Positions 29,178 to 40,794 of a DNA stretch of 64,000 bases are shown piece after piece. Each line of letters begins with the position of its first letter. Positions within the stretch are counted from its first letter, which is position 1. The DNA comes from an uncultured delta proteobacterium. Its GTDB lineage: Bacteria > Myxococcota_A > Polyangia > Polyangiales > Polyangiaceae. The position numbers and the translations under genes were made by a program. The stretch covers positions 896,001-960,000 of the forward strand of contig CAVOKF010000007.1 of NCBI GenBank assembly GCA_963696385.1, given 5' to 3'. Below the pieces are notes generated by a model. The model saw only the letters and a list, made by a program, of their open reading frames with translations, ran no database searches and was not told the DNA's origin.

Positions 29178-32100
29178 ATGACGACGACCCACATCCGCTC
29201 TCCCCGCGTGGCATCGACGCCGGCGCGCCGGCGTCGGCCGCCACGCGAGTGGAGCGGGCTTCTGGCTCGGGCGTCGTGCGTGCTGCTCGCGCTCGTCGGC
29301 GTCCTGCCCTTTCTGGCCACCCTCGTCGTACAATCGCCGGGGGCGCGCGGCTGGGCAGCGCGCGAAACAGAGCGCATACTGCGCGAGCGCGGAATCGTCG
29401 CCGAGTATTCGCCTTCGCTTCGAATCTGGCCTCTCGCCGTCGTCCTCAACCGCGTGCGTGTCCATTCGAGCGACGGCGGACCACCGGCCCTCGAGTGCAA
29501 CAGCGTCGTCATTGCTCCCAAGATACTCGCGCTTCTCGGGGGCAAACTCGGCATTGCCGAAATCGACGCGGACGCGCCGCGCATCCGCGCGGTCGTGCGA
29601 AACGGCCGGCTCGCGAACCTGACGCTGCCGGAGACCGGATTCGAACGGCCGGCCGTTCGAGCCGCCCTTCAACATGCTCTCGCTGACCAACGCCTCGATC
29701 GATCTGGATACCGACCGCGTGCAGATCCGTGCCGGCTCGTTCGACCTCGACGTGACGGCCGAACGAGACCGCAGCCGGGGAGCGTCCTTCGAAATCGCAC
29801 TTCGTTCCGCCGAAGCATCGGTGCGCAGCACCCGCTCGAACGCTATAGCGCCCACGTCGGTCGACGAAGACGTGGTCTGTTCCGTGGACGGACGCGTGCG
29901 TATCGAGCCCGATGCGGTTCTCGTGCGCCGACTGAACGCCGTCGCGATCGCCGATCTCGATGCCGCGGAGGGGACCGCGCCGTCGTGTTCGGCGGATGTC
30001 GAGGACAAGCGCCGAGTGGAGGTCTCGCTGGGTCACGTGCACATCCAATGGCCTCAAGGCGGCGGACCTTGGCCTCGGCTCGACGGACACGTTCGCGTCC
30101 GGGCCCCTGTGGCACTCGCCCGTCGGATTGCGCCGCTTCCCGACATCGACGGCTGGGCCGGAATCGACGTGGATCTCCGCTACGCGGAGGACACGATTCT
30201 CCCCGACGCGAGCGGAACGCTCGAAGCACACGATCTGAAGGTCGCTCAATACGCCTTTGCCCAAGAGCTGCGTAGCGATCTGACGATTCGGCGAAACGTC
30301 GTCCAGCTTCCGCGTACGACGCTCCGCGTGGCCCAGGGCACGGTGACGCTTTCGGATACCGTCATCGACCCGCTCTCCCCCGGGGCGAGGCTCGACCGCA
30401 GCCGGTTGGATGTCTCTGGGATCGACTTCACCGCGCTCCTGCGCGCGCTCGGAGTCCACGACCATTCTTGGGTTGGGTGGGACATCCGCGAGATCCACGT
30501 GCCGGTGCTCTCCGGAACGCTTCTTCCTCTACGGATCGATGGCGATCTCACCGCAAAAACGGCTTCATTCGGCGTGTACGACCGGCCGGCGGAGGATCGA
30601 GCGCGTGAGCGGCTCTTCGGATTTTCGCAAGCACAGGTGGCGGCCCATCTCGCGGTGCGCCCGGACGCGATGCGGTTCGTCGACGTGCACGCCGTGCTGC
30701 CGCATTCGCGCATCGACGGGGGGCTGGTCTCGCTCGGCTTCAGCGGCGATTTGATCGTAGACGCCCCGCGGGTCCGAACCGACCTCGACAATCTCTCGCC
30801 TTTGGGCCCGGTGCCGGTGCACGGGACACTGGAAGCGAGCGCGCATGTCGGAGGCACGTTCAAGCGGCCCGAGCCCGAAGGGGACATTACGGCCGCGGTC
30901 GGCCTCGTCATTGCCGACGTGGCATTCGGCGATGTGAGCGCTGGGCGCGTCAAGGTCGATGTCACCGGCCCCCAGATCGCCATCAGCGACATTCGTGCGA
31001 AGCGTCGCGAGAGCGAGTACGACGTCGCTACCGCCCGCATCGGCTTCGGCGGGACGCAGGGATTCGTCGTCGACGCGCAGGGCTCGAGCGAAGCGCTTTC
31101 GCTGCGCGACCTGCTCTCGATGTTCGCGCTCGACGGAGATCCGCGCTTCGACGGACTCGACGCCGCCATGGCCACCCGGGCTGGCGTCCACATCGCCGTC
31201 GGCGGGCCCGAGGACGCGTGCGGAAACGGCTTCATCGTCGTCAACGCGAAAAGCCATCTGAAGGACGTGCAGATCTACGGAGAGCGCTTCGCGCAAGGCG
31301 ACGCAGACGTCGCATTGCAGTGGCACGATCGACAGCGCGGCCTGGCCGGGGCGGACGTCGAGGTGCGATCCTTCGTACTCAACAAGGTGCGGCCTCCGAC
31401 CGGCACGCGATCCGGGACGACCGGAACGGTCCTCGGATCGGCTACGATCCGGCGCGGGGGCGCTTTGGCCGCCAACGTGGTGGTCGAAGGTGTACCGCTC
31501 GGGCGAGTCGATGCGCTCGGACAGGCCGCTCGCCAGGTGGAAGGCAGCGTCTCGGGACTGGCCCAGGTGACGGGCAATCTCGACGATTTTTTGCCCAATC
31601 CGGGCTTTCTCGTTCGCGCCGAGTTGGACGTCTCGGGTACGCGCATTCGTAACGTCGCCGTGGGTGCCTCTCACCTGGACGTCACGATGAGCGATCGAAT
31701 GGCTCGCCCATCGCACAGTTTCGGACGCACCCGGTGCGGAGGGCTCATCGCCGCACCCTTCGACAAGCAAGCCTATCTGGCGGACACGTCTTCGCACGGC
31801 GAATGGACCGTCAACGGAAGTCTGCTGGGCGGCGCCATCGCCTTGCGGGACGTGACGATGACGCGTTCACGATCGCCTCGAATGACGGGCCGCGCTTCGA
31901 TGCGTGGGCTCGACTTGGGCGAGCTCGCCCGCATCGTGTCGACCCAGAACCCCGACGACGCGTCCCCTTCGGTCTCCTCTCCGATCGTCGGGCAGGTGTG
32001 GGGCGAGCTCATCGTCGACGACGGATGGGTCGACGTCCCGTCCAAGTCGCGTGCACGGTTGTTTCTCGGACCGACGGTGGCTTCGCGCGGCGGAGTGAAG

Positions 32101-33675
32101 CTGACACTCAGGCCGCCGTCCGACCCACTCGTGCTCGCGGACGACGCGTTGACGATGCCGCCGCTTGAAGTGACCCTCGACACGCCCGACGGATTCCGCG
32201 GTGGATTCGAGCTGACGGGCGGGGCGACGCGACTGACGAGCGATCCCGTTCTGTCGGTGGACGCACGACTGGAGCCGCTCGACCTTGCGATTCTGGGTCG
32301 GCTCCTGCCCAGACTGGAGCGTATCAACGGGCACGTGGACGGCCGCGTTCACCTCTCGGGTACCGTAAAGTCGCCCGAGATCGCCGGCGAGCTTCACGCG
32401 ATCGGCGACGACATCGAGGTGCGGGGATTCCCGAGTCCCTTCACCGACGTCCAGGTCGACATCCAGGCCACGGCTCGCCAGATTTCGGCCTCCGGCACCG
32501 CCCGAGTCGCCGGCGGAACCATCGCACTGCACGGGGCCGTTCCCGTCCGGGGCTTTGAGATTGGCTCGCTCGAATCGCGCGTCGCCGTGCGCGGAGTGCG
32601 CTTGGCGCCGGCCGACGGCGTCTCGGCGAGCGCCGACGCGGACCTGCACATCTCCTACAATCCCAGAGCCCAGGGCGGCCAGACGGCCGCATTGCCTCAC
32701 ATCGCCGGCGACGTGACCTTCGGCGCGGTGAGCTACACGAGACCCATCACGTTCAACCTGGATCTGGCGTCGGCCCGGGCCAAGCGAACGGTCGTCGACG
32801 CGTACGACCCGACGCTCGATTTCGTCGTCTTCGACGTGCAAATGGCGTCCAAGGCTCCGATCGTCATCAAGAACAATCTGATCGAAGTTCAGCTCGGCAT
32901 CGACTCGGGGGGGCTCGAGGTGACCGGTACCAACCAGCGGCTCGGACTGCGGGGTGCCCTACGAGCGCTTCCCGGCGGACGCTTCCACTTTCAAGGAAAC
33001 GACTTCGAAGTCCAACAGGGGCTGATTCGTTTCGACGACCCGACCCGGATCGACCCGAACGTGGACATCACCGCGGTGACGGACTACCGCCGATACACGG
33101 ACACGAGCGCGGGCACGGCGGCCGGCGCGGGAACCGGCGGTGGCCCGGCGGCGGCATCGGCGAACTCGACCCAGGGGGGATCTCTCTGGCGCATCACGAT
33201 GCACGCGTACGGCGACGCCGACAACGTGCGCATCGAGTTGACGAGCGAGCCTGCGCTGGCCCAGGACGACATCGTTCTGCTGCTCGCGGTGGGCATGACC
33301 CGGGCCGAGCTCGACCAGCTCCAAGCGAGCGGCATCGAGGGCGTGGCGCTGGGCGTCATCGGCACGGCGACGGGCGCCGACAGCGTGGTCAAACAGGCCA
33401 TCCCAATCATCGACGATTTCCGTTTTGGAAGCGCCTATTCCACGGTGACGGGAAAAACCGAGCCCCAGCTCACCGTCGGCAAGCGCCTCACGAACGAGCT
33501 TCGCGCGAGCGTGCAAGCCGCGCTGAGCGACGATAGCGAGCTGCGGGCCAACATCGAGTGGCGTCTGAACAACCGCTTGAGTTTGCAGGGCTCGTACGAC
33601 AACATCAACGACATCTCATCGTCGGCCCTCGGCAACCTCGGCGTGGATCTTCGCTGGAGACTCAATTTCGAGTAG
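29178..33675 (+). CDS. tamB: TamB/AsmA-like translocation and assembly module protein (~1498 aa after repair); apparent frameshift at ~29640
   Basis: N-terminal anchor in ORF 29178 joins the 1333-aa ORF 29674-33675 after one-base removal; C-terminal DUF490-like region ending GVDLRWRLNFE. Confidence 0.82.
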
Positions 33676-33684
33676 CCGGACCGG

Positions 33685-36600
33685 ATGCGCCTCGGTGTTC
33701 TGCTCTTGGCCGTCCTCATCGGCTGCTTGCCGATCGCGTTCGGGGATCCGGCGCGGGCGGACGACCGACCCGCGCAAGACTTGACACCGATCGCCCCCAT
33801 GCCCGCGGTCGAACCGCCGGCGACCGTCCCTCGTCTCGACCCACCGCCGGACCTGTCGGGCCTGACCGGAAAGCCCATCGTTCGCGTCGCCGTAATGCTC
33901 GAGGCGAGTGTCGGGGACGACCTGAGATCCCCGGCGATCACGAGCGTCAAGCCGGGCGAGCTCCTGACACCCGCCGTCGCACGGCGCGCGCTCGACGAGC
34001 TGTTGCGGTCCGGGCGGTTCGCGCGAGGCCGTGTGTCCGCGGAGGCCGAGGGCCGGGGCGTAGCGCTCGTGGTGAAGGTCGTGCCGCGAAAGATCATCGG
34101 GCGGCTGTCCGTGGATCTCCACGGCACGAGCGTCGATCCGGACGAGCTACTGCGCCAGACCAACTTGGTCGAAGGGGGCGAGATCGTCGCGGCGGACATC
34201 GACGTCACGCAAAGGCGAATCGAGTCCCAGTGTGCGCTGCACGGCTATCCAAACGCGCGGGCCACGATCACGACGCACGAGATGAGTGATCCGATGCGCG
34301 CGCGCGTCGTGCTCGAGGTGCTTCCAGGCGTGCCCCGATCCATCGACCAGCGACTTTTCTACGCTTCCGGCTCGAACGCCGACCGCATTATCGAGATCGC
34401 GAAGAGCTATGCGGTCGACGTGCACGGCCGCGCGGACGAGCCCGTGCTCGACCAAGCGGACATCGCGCTCGAACAGACATTGCGCGGGCGAGGATGGTTC
34501 AAGGCCAGCGTGTCGCACGATCTTGCCAAGGTTGCCTCGGGCCCCCGCACCGGGGCGATCGTGTTGCGGGTCCGGATCGACTCGGGTCCGCTTTTCGTCG
34601 CTCGTTTCGAAGGAAACGAGCACTACGATGCGGACGTGCTCACGACCGTGCTCGGAATCGAGACCGAGACGGATCGGTCGCCGACGCACTTGGCCGATAG
34701 AATTCGGGCCTTCTACCAAAAGCGGGGATTTTTGGACGCCGTCGTGCGCGTCCAAGTTCGCGGTGGAGAGTCCGATGCCGTCCTCCTGCTCGTCTTCCGC
34801 ATCGACGAGTACGACCGCGTCCGCGTAGCGGGTCGGAGCTATCCGTGCCTCAAGACCGAGGCGATCAAGAGGCTCAACGCCGGCGGTCCGCGATCGCCGG
34901 CAGACATCGGAACGGAGATCGACAGCTATCTCGACGAAGAGCTACCCGGGGCGGACCTGTTCGTGGACCCGGATCCGCGAGTCGTCAGCGCGACCATCGG
35001 CGGGGGCACCGGACAGGTCGCGCGAGCGCCACGCCCGGTGCCGATCGACCTTCGCCCCGACGTGACGTACGTCGCGGACACCTACGATCGGGCCATCGAG
35101 CACGTCCAGGCGCTCTACCGCAACGAAGGGTTCTTGCACGCCGAGGTGGGTCCGGTCGGCGTCGTACGGGCTCGATGCAATCCACGCTCGCCGCCCGAGC
35201 GATGCGTCCCGATGCCCATGCCGCCGCTTCCGACGGAAGCGTGTACGTACGACTCGACCGGACTACCCGCACCGAGCGAGCCGCTCGACCCGGCGCTGAC
35301 CTGCCGTCCGGATCCGGCACACGGCATCGCGTGTGCCCCGGTCGTTCAACTGTACATTCCCATCAAGTTGGGACCCCGGACCCGTCTTTGGGATCTCGCA
35401 TTTACGGGCGTCAAGGCGGCCAGTGAACGGGCCTTGGCCGATGCGGCCGACCTGCGGCTCGGTGACGCGGCCAGCACGACCAAAATCGAAGACGCCCGCC
35501 GACGAGTCGTCGATTGGTACAAGGAGCACGGATATTACTACGTCGACGTCAAGTACGCGTTCGATCCGTCGGCCGACAACACCCGTGCGCGGGCGCGCTT
35601 CGACGTGACCGAGGGCGATCAGGTCATCGTCCGATCCATCGTCGTTCGGGGCCTGCAGAATACCAAGGAGAGTGTCGTTCGGCGGCGATTCGCCCTCGAG
35701 ATCGGGCAGCCCTATCGCCAAAGCGACGTTCGAAAGACCCAGGAGCACGTGTCGACTCTCGGCGTCTTCTCGAGCGTCACGGTCTCGCTCATCGACCCCT
35801 ACGTGCCACAGCCGTACAAGGACGTGGTCGTCGAGGTGGTCGAACGCGACTCCCAATACGTCGAAGTTCGCCCTGGGCTTTCCACCGGAGAAGGGGTGCG
35901 CGGGGTGCTCGAATACGGCCACCGCAACTTGCTCGGCGACGCTTGGTCGATGACGGTGCACCTGCAGGCGTCGTACCTGCCCGACTTCTTGATCCTCGAC
36001 GAAGGCGTCAAGGCCAACTACGCGGGCCTCACGACGGCGCAGCGCATCGCAACACGCGACACGCTGACATTTTCGTGGCCGGAGGTCGGACTTGGACCGA
36101 CGATCCGCTCGCAGGTGGACGGCATTTACGTTAATGATCTCGAACGGGATTTCACGCTTCGAAAGGCGGCCGTGGTCGGAACGCTCTTCTGGCGACCCAT
36201 ACGGGAGGTCCTGATCAGCATCGGCGCCGATTACGAGAACAACGACGTCCGCCTGTTCGACGTATGCACCCCACCCGCCCCCGCATCGACTTCCGCCGCG
36301 GCATCGACCACGTCCACGCCGCCGACGGGCCCGTGCGCGACGATCAGCGAGTACCTGATGCAAAATCCCGGCAACAGCGAGCTTGCCACACTGTTGCGCG
36401 TCCCCGACGGAGACAGCAACGTCGTCGCCGATCGGGTCGTACTTACCTGGGATCGGCGCGACAACCCATTCAACGCGCACAGGGGAACGTACGTCGTCGT
36501 CGGGATCGAACAAGTCAACTCGTACCCCGCAGGCAGCGCCCCGGTCACGGGTGACGAGCAGTACGAGAGCCACTTCTTCCGGCTCACGCAAACGCTGGCG

Positions 36601-37137
36601 GGCTACATTCCCGTCACGAACGGCATCACGTTCGCCGCGGAGCTGCGACTCGGCGAGAACGTGACCCCATGGTGCTCCGAACGACCGGGGCCTGGCCCGC
36701 CGGTCCACTGGGAGTGCACGTATCCGGACCGGGAATTTTTCATGGGCGGGTTCGAATCGATGCGGGGCTGGTTGCAGGACAGCTTCATTCCGCAGGATTA
36801 CGTCGATCAGATCAGCCAGCATGCTCTGACGTGCACGAACAACCAGACCTCGTGCAGCGTGCCGGAACGCGGCGGCAATCTGATGTTCAATCCGCGGGCG
36901 GAGCTTCGATTTCCAGTCCGCTTGCCGATCGAAGCATCGCTCTTCGGGGATCTCGGCAATGTCTGGGTCGACCCTACGTACGTGTTCAATCACCCGTTCA
37001 CGCTGCGCGCCGACGTGGGCGCGGGAGTTCGCGTCGACACGCCCGTGGGACCCCTCGTGTTCGATTACGGCATCAATGTGACGCGCAAATCGTACGAGGA
37101 CTTCGGCGCATTCCACTTTGCCATCGGCCTATTCTGA
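33685..37137 (+). CDS. Omp85 family (BamA/TamA-like) outer-membrane protein with POTRA domains
   Basis: Signal peptide, POTRA repeats, FFMGGFESMRGW, GVRVDTPVGPLVFDYG, C-terminal FHFAIGLF. Confidence 0.9.
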   Translation: MRLGVLLLAVLIGCLPIAFGDPARADDRPAQDLTPIAPMPAVEPPATVPRLDPPPDLSGLTGKPIVRVAVMLEASVGDDLRSPAITSVKPGELLTPAVARRALDELLRSGRFARGRVSAEAEGRGVALVVKVVPRKIIGRLSVDLHGTSVDPDELLRQTNLVEGGEIVAADIDVTQRRIESQCALHGYPNARATITTHEMSDPMRARVVLEVLPGVPRSIDQRLFYASGSNADRIIEIAKSYAVDVHGRADEPVLDQADIALEQTLRGRGWFKASVSHDLAKVASGPRTGAIVLRVRIDSGPLFVARFEGNEHYDADVLTTVLGIETETDRSPTHLADRIRAFYQKRGFLDAVVRVQVRGGESDAVLLLVFRIDEYDRVRVAGRSYPCLKTEAIKRLNAGGPRSPADIGTEIDSYLDEELPGADLFVDPDPRVVSATIGGGTGQVARAPRPVPIDLRPDVTYVADTYDRAIEHVQALYRNEGFLHAEVGPVGVVRARCNPRSPPERCVPMPMPPLPTEACTYDSTGLPAPSEPLDPALTCRPDPAHGIACAPVVQLYIPIKLGPRTRLWDLAFTGVKAASERALADAADLRLGDAASTTKIEDARRRVVDWYKEHGYYYVDVKYAFDPSADNTRARARFDVTEGDQVIVRSIVVRGLQNTKESVVRRRFALEIGQPYRQSDVRKTQEHVSTLGVFSSVTVSLIDPYVPQPYKDVVVEVVERDSQYVEVRPGLSTGEGVRGVLEYGHRNLLGDAWSMTVHLQASYLPDFLILDEGVKANYAGLTTAQRIATRDTLTFSWPEVGLGPTIRSQVDGIYVNDLERDFTLRKAAVVGTLFWRPIREVLISIGADYENNDVRLFDVCTPPAPASTSAAASTTSTPPTGPCATISEYLMQNPGNSELATLLRVPDGDSNVVADRVVLTWDRRDNPFNAHRGTYVVVGIEQVNSYPAGSAPVTGDEQYESHFFRLTQTLAGYIPVTNGITFAAELRLGENVTPWCSERPGPGPPVHWECTYPDREFFMGGFESMRGWLQDSFIPQDYVDQISQHALTCTNNQTSCSVPERGGNLMFNPRAELRFPVRLPIEASLFGDLGNVWVDPTYVFNHPFTLRADVGAGVRVDTPVGPLVFDYGINVTRKSYEDFGAFHFAIGLF

Positions 37138-37168
37138 AGGCTCTTTCGGCATGCGGTCGGCGTCGACG

Positions 37169-38371
37169 TCATCGCCGTCGTATGCCGATCTCGGTCCATG
37201 CCTCGGCTACCGCCGACACAACGCGGTCTTGATCATCATGGCCCAGCGTGGGGTACATGGGCAGACTGATCGTGCGATCCCCAATCTCTTCGGCGACCGG
37301 CAATAGACCCGGGGTCGCTCCGAGGCGCTCCGAGAGATACGCCAGCCGATGGATCGCTCGGTAGTTGACGGCGGTGCCGATGCCGGCTTGCCCGAGACGT
37401 GCGAGGATCGCGTCGCGGTCGTTGGGGGGCGCGTGGAGGGTGAACAGGTGGTGGCTGCTGCGTCCGCGCGGCTCGACCAACCAGGGTACGCCACGCTCGC
37501 CAGGCGACGGCGTCCGCAGCTCGGCGATGCGCTCACGCAGGCCCGATTCGTAGCGGCGCGTGACCTGCTCGCGTTGTGCCCGCTTCGCTTCGACACGGGC
37601 GAGCTGCGGACGAAGAAGCGCCGCGTCGAGATCCGTCAGGTTCGCCTTGTATCCGAGCTCCACGAGGTCCCAATGCCGGTATTCGGCCCCGTGTCGCTCC
37701 GTCGCTGCCTTGGACAGGCCATGGTTTCTGAGCCGCCTCAGTCGATCGGCAATTCGCGGCTCCCGCGTCGCGATGGCGCCACCGTCCCCGCAGGTCACGT
37801 TCTTCGTCGCATAAAACGAAAATACGGCCGCTTCCGACAAATCCGCCGGGCGGACCCCGTCGCGCTCCATTTCGATGCCGTGCGCCGAGTCCTCGACGAT
37901 GAAGAGGCCATGTCGATCGGCGATCTGGCGAAGCGCCTTCATGTCGGCGAGCTGCCCGTACAGGTGCACCGGAAGGATGCCCACGGTGCGCGGCCCGACC
38001 CCGGCACGAACCGCCTCGGGGTCGATGAGACCCGTGGCGGGCTCCACGTCGACGAGCTTCGGCGTCGCCCCGGCGTGCAGGATGGCGTTGGCCGTGGCTG
38101 CGAAGGTCATTGGGGTCGTGATCACTTCGTCACCCGGCCCGACGTCGAGAGCGCGCAGCGCGAGCAAGAGTCCCATCGAACACGACGTCACCCCCACGAC
38201 GTGCGGGGCCGTCGTCCCCGGCCGGCCGCGCGCCAGAAAGGCGCCCAACTCCTGCTCGAAGGCGGCTACCTGGGGACCCAGCGTGAGAAACAGCGTGTCG
38301 AGAACACCCCGCCAGGATGCCGCCTCCTCGTCGCCGAGCTGGTGGCGGTAAAACTCGACCTTCTCGATCAT
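37169..38371 (-). CDS. DegT/DnrJ/EryC1/StrS family PLP aminotransferase
   Basis: GPGDEVITTPMTFAATAN, PVHLYG, EDSAH, FSFYATKN. Confidence 0.92.
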   Translation of the reverse strand: MIEKVEFYRHQLGDEEAASWRGVLDTLFLTLGPQVAAFEQELGAFLARGRPGTTAPHVVGVTSCSMGLLLALRALDVGPGDEVITTPMTFAATANAILHAGATPKLVDVEPATGLIDPEAVRAGVGPRTVGILPVHLYGQLADMKALRQIADRHGLFIVEDSAHGIEMERDGVRPADLSEAAVFSFYATKNVTCGDGGAIATREPRIADRLRRLRNHGLSKAATERHGAEYRHWDLVELGYKANLTDLDAALLRPQLARVEAKRAQREQVTRRYESGLRERIAELRTPSPGERGVPWLVEPRGRSSHHLFTLHAPPNDRDAILARLGQAGIGTAVNYRAIHRLAYLSERLGATPGLLPVAEEIGDRTISLPMYPTLGHDDQDRVVSAVAEAWTEIGIRRR

Positions 38372-39417
38372 GACGCCGGCGAGAGGAGCCGCCCGTCGAT
38401 GGCAAGCTCGCGGTGTGCGCGCTCCGCGTCTCGCAAGAACAGGTACTGACTCAGCGTGTACCCGCGCCGGTCTTCCGGATCGACGGTTCCGTCACGGAGC
38501 GCCGCGAGCACCTCTTGGATCCCATCGTCGACCGTTCGCTCCGCTCGAAACCCGAGCACCCGATGAACTTTCTCGAAAGAGACGTTGTAGTCTCGTAAGT
38601 CCGGATCCGTCGGCGCGTGAACGACTTCGGTCCCCGGAACGGCGTCTCGCACTCGAAAGGCGAGATTCAAGATCTGGACGTTGTTCCCGTCGGAGCCCAC
38701 GTTGAAGACTTCGCCGCCGACGCCGGGGGCCGGAGAGGTCAGCGCCAGTTCGAAGGCCCGCGCGACGTCGCGCACGTGGACGAAGGGGCGCCATTGCCGC
38801 CCGCCCCCGTCCACCACGATGCGCCGCTTCACGTACGCATTCTTGGTCATCACGTTGATGGCCAGATCGAAGCGCATCCGCGAACTCAGACCGAACACGG
38901 TCGCCAGGCGCAAACACACGACGTCCATGGCTCCACCGGACGCGCGACCGAGCGCGAGAAGGAGGTCCTCGGCCTCGGCCTTCGCCCGCGCATACAGCGA
39001 GACCGGGCGGCGCGCGCTCGTCTCGGTCAACCCGAGTCCCTCGCCGTGGCCATACACCGAGCACGACGACGAGAAAACGTAACGTCGTACGCCGTGCTCC
39101 CGCGCGGCAACCGCGAGCCGCCTGGCGCCCTCGACGTTCACGCTACGCGTAAGCTCGGGCTCGAGCTCGCACGAAGGGTCGTTCGAAATTCCGGACAGGT
39201 CGATGACCGCATCGATCGACCCGAGCAATCCTTGGTCGAAGCCGCGCACGTCGCCCCGGACCACGCGAAGTCTCTCGCCAAATTGGGCACGGGAACGGGC
39301 GAGCGTGTCGCCGAAGTACAGCCGGTCGAGGACCGTGAGGCGGTGGCCCCGTTCGAGCAGTGCCGACACCAGAACGGAGCCGATGTAGCCGGCGCCGCCG
39401 GCGACGAAAACATGCAT
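38368..39417 (-). CDS. NAD-dependent epimerase/dehydratase
   Basis: GGAGYIG, FSSSCSVYG, YARAK, RPFVHVRD. Confidence 0.92.
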   Translation of the reverse strand: MHVFVAGGAGYIGSVLVSALLERGHRLTVLDRLYFGDTLARSRAQFGERLRVVRGDVRGFDQGLLGSIDAVIDLSGISNDPSCELEPELTRSVNVEGARRLAVAAREHGVRRYVFSSSCSVYGHGEGLGLTETSARRPVSLYARAKAEAEDLLLALGRASGGAMDVVCLRLATVFGLSSRMRFDLAINVMTKNAYVKRRIVVDGGGRQWRPFVHVRDVARAFELALTSPAPGVGGEVFNVGSDGNNVQILNLAFRVRDAVPGTEVVHAPTDPDLRDYNVSFEKVHRVLGFRAERTVDDGIQEVLAALRDGTVDPEDRRGYTLSQYLFLRDAERAHRELAIDGRLLSPAS

Positions 39418-39481
39418 GAGTACGGGCAGCTACCACGAAAGCGTCCGTTTCGATAGCAGCCGGGCTACCGTAGCCGAGGTC

Positions 39482-40777
39482 ATGAGCGGTTCGGGCATTT
39501 CGACGACCCCTCGCTCGGCGTCCGATCGCCTCTGGCACCTGGTCATCTGGGGAGCGACGGGATTCACGGGCCGTCTCGCCGCCGAGGCCATGGCGCGCCG
39601 CTACGGCGGCAATCCGGCCGTTCGCTGGGCGATCGCGGGTCGCGATCGGAGCAAGCTCGAAAAGGTGCGCGACGAGCTTGGACGGGTCGCCGAGCGTGCG
39701 CGCGACGTGCCTATCGTGATCGCCGACAGCCGAGACCGAGCGTCGCTCGACGCCCTCGCCCGCGACACGCGCGTCGTCGCGAGCGCCGTGGGTCCATTCG
39801 CCGTTTATGGGGCCGATCTGGTCGGCGCGTGCGTGGCGGCGGCGACCGACTACTGCGACATCACGGGCGAGACGCCATTCGTTCGCGAGATGATCGACCG
39901 ATACCACGCCCGAGCCCGCGCCACCGGTGCACGAATCGTTCACTGTTGCGGATACGACGCAGTCCCGTCGGATCTCGGAACGTTGATGATCCAGACGCAC
40001 ATGCGCAAAACGCACGCCACGCACTGCCGGGTCGTGAAGTACTTCGCCTGCGAAACCCGGGGCGGCGTCAGCGGGGGGACGATCGCGAGCGTGATCGCAC
40101 TGTCGGAAGCTGCGTCGGCCGATCCTCGGGTAAGGCGCCTTTTGCGCGACCCCTATTCGCTCGACCCCGAGCACACCGGCGTGGGACCGGACGGACCGGA
40201 TCCGACCGGCGTTCGTTGGGACGACGACGTCGGAGGTTGGACCGCACCGTTCGCGATGGCCTCGGTCAACACCCGCGTCGTGCGCCGCACGAACGCGCTG
40301 CTCGGCTACGCGTACGGTCACGACTTCCGTTACAGCGAGATGACGAGCCTGGGGCCGGGCGCGGGCGGATGGTTGGCCGCAGTCGCCGTATCGGCGGCCA
40401 CGGCAGGCCTTGGCGCGACCATGCGCTTTCCGGCCGTCGCTCGCGCGGCGGCGCGCGCGCTCTTGCCGGCGCCCGGGCAAGGGCCGTCGAGACGCACACG
40501 CGAAGCCGGGCGATTCACGTCGCGCCTCGTCGGTCTCGCCAGCGCGGACCGCGCCGATCCAGCCAAGGTGTTCGCCGTCGTGCGCGGAGTGAGCGATCCG
40601 GGTTATGGCGAGACGGCCAAGATGCTGGTGGAGTCCGCCGTGTGTCTCGCGATGGACCGTGAGGCGATTGCGCACGAGGGCGGGGTGCTGACACCGGCCG
40701 CCTGCATGGGGTTGCGCCTGGTCGAGCGGCTGCGCGACGCCGGGATGACATTCGAGACGTCGACGACGCCGGTCTGA
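39482..40777 (+). CDS. Saccharopine dehydrogenase-like NAD(P)-binding oxidoreductase
   Basis: WGATGFTG, AIAGRDRSKL, YCDITGE, CGYDAVPSDLG, SGGT, DPGYGETAKML, GGVLTPA. Confidence 0.88.
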   Translation: MSGSGISTTPRSASDRLWHLVIWGATGFTGRLAAEAMARRYGGNPAVRWAIAGRDRSKLEKVRDELGRVAERARDVPIVIADSRDRASLDALARDTRVVASAVGPFAVYGADLVGACVAAATDYCDITGETPFVREMIDRYHARARATGARIVHCCGYDAVPSDLGTLMIQTHMRKTHATHCRVVKYFACETRGGVSGGTIASVIALSEAASADPRVRRLLRDPYSLDPEHTGVGPDGPDPTGVRWDDDVGGWTAPFAMASVNTRVVRRTNALLGYAYGHDFRYSEMTSLGPGAGGWLAAVAVSAATAGLGATMRFPAVARAAARALLPAPGQGPSRRTREAGRFTSRLVGLASADRADPAKVFAVVRGVSDPGYGETAKMLVESAVCLAMDREAIAHEGGVLTPAACMGLRLVERLRDAGMTFETSTTPV

Positions 40778-40794
40778 TCGCGCGGCCATTTACC

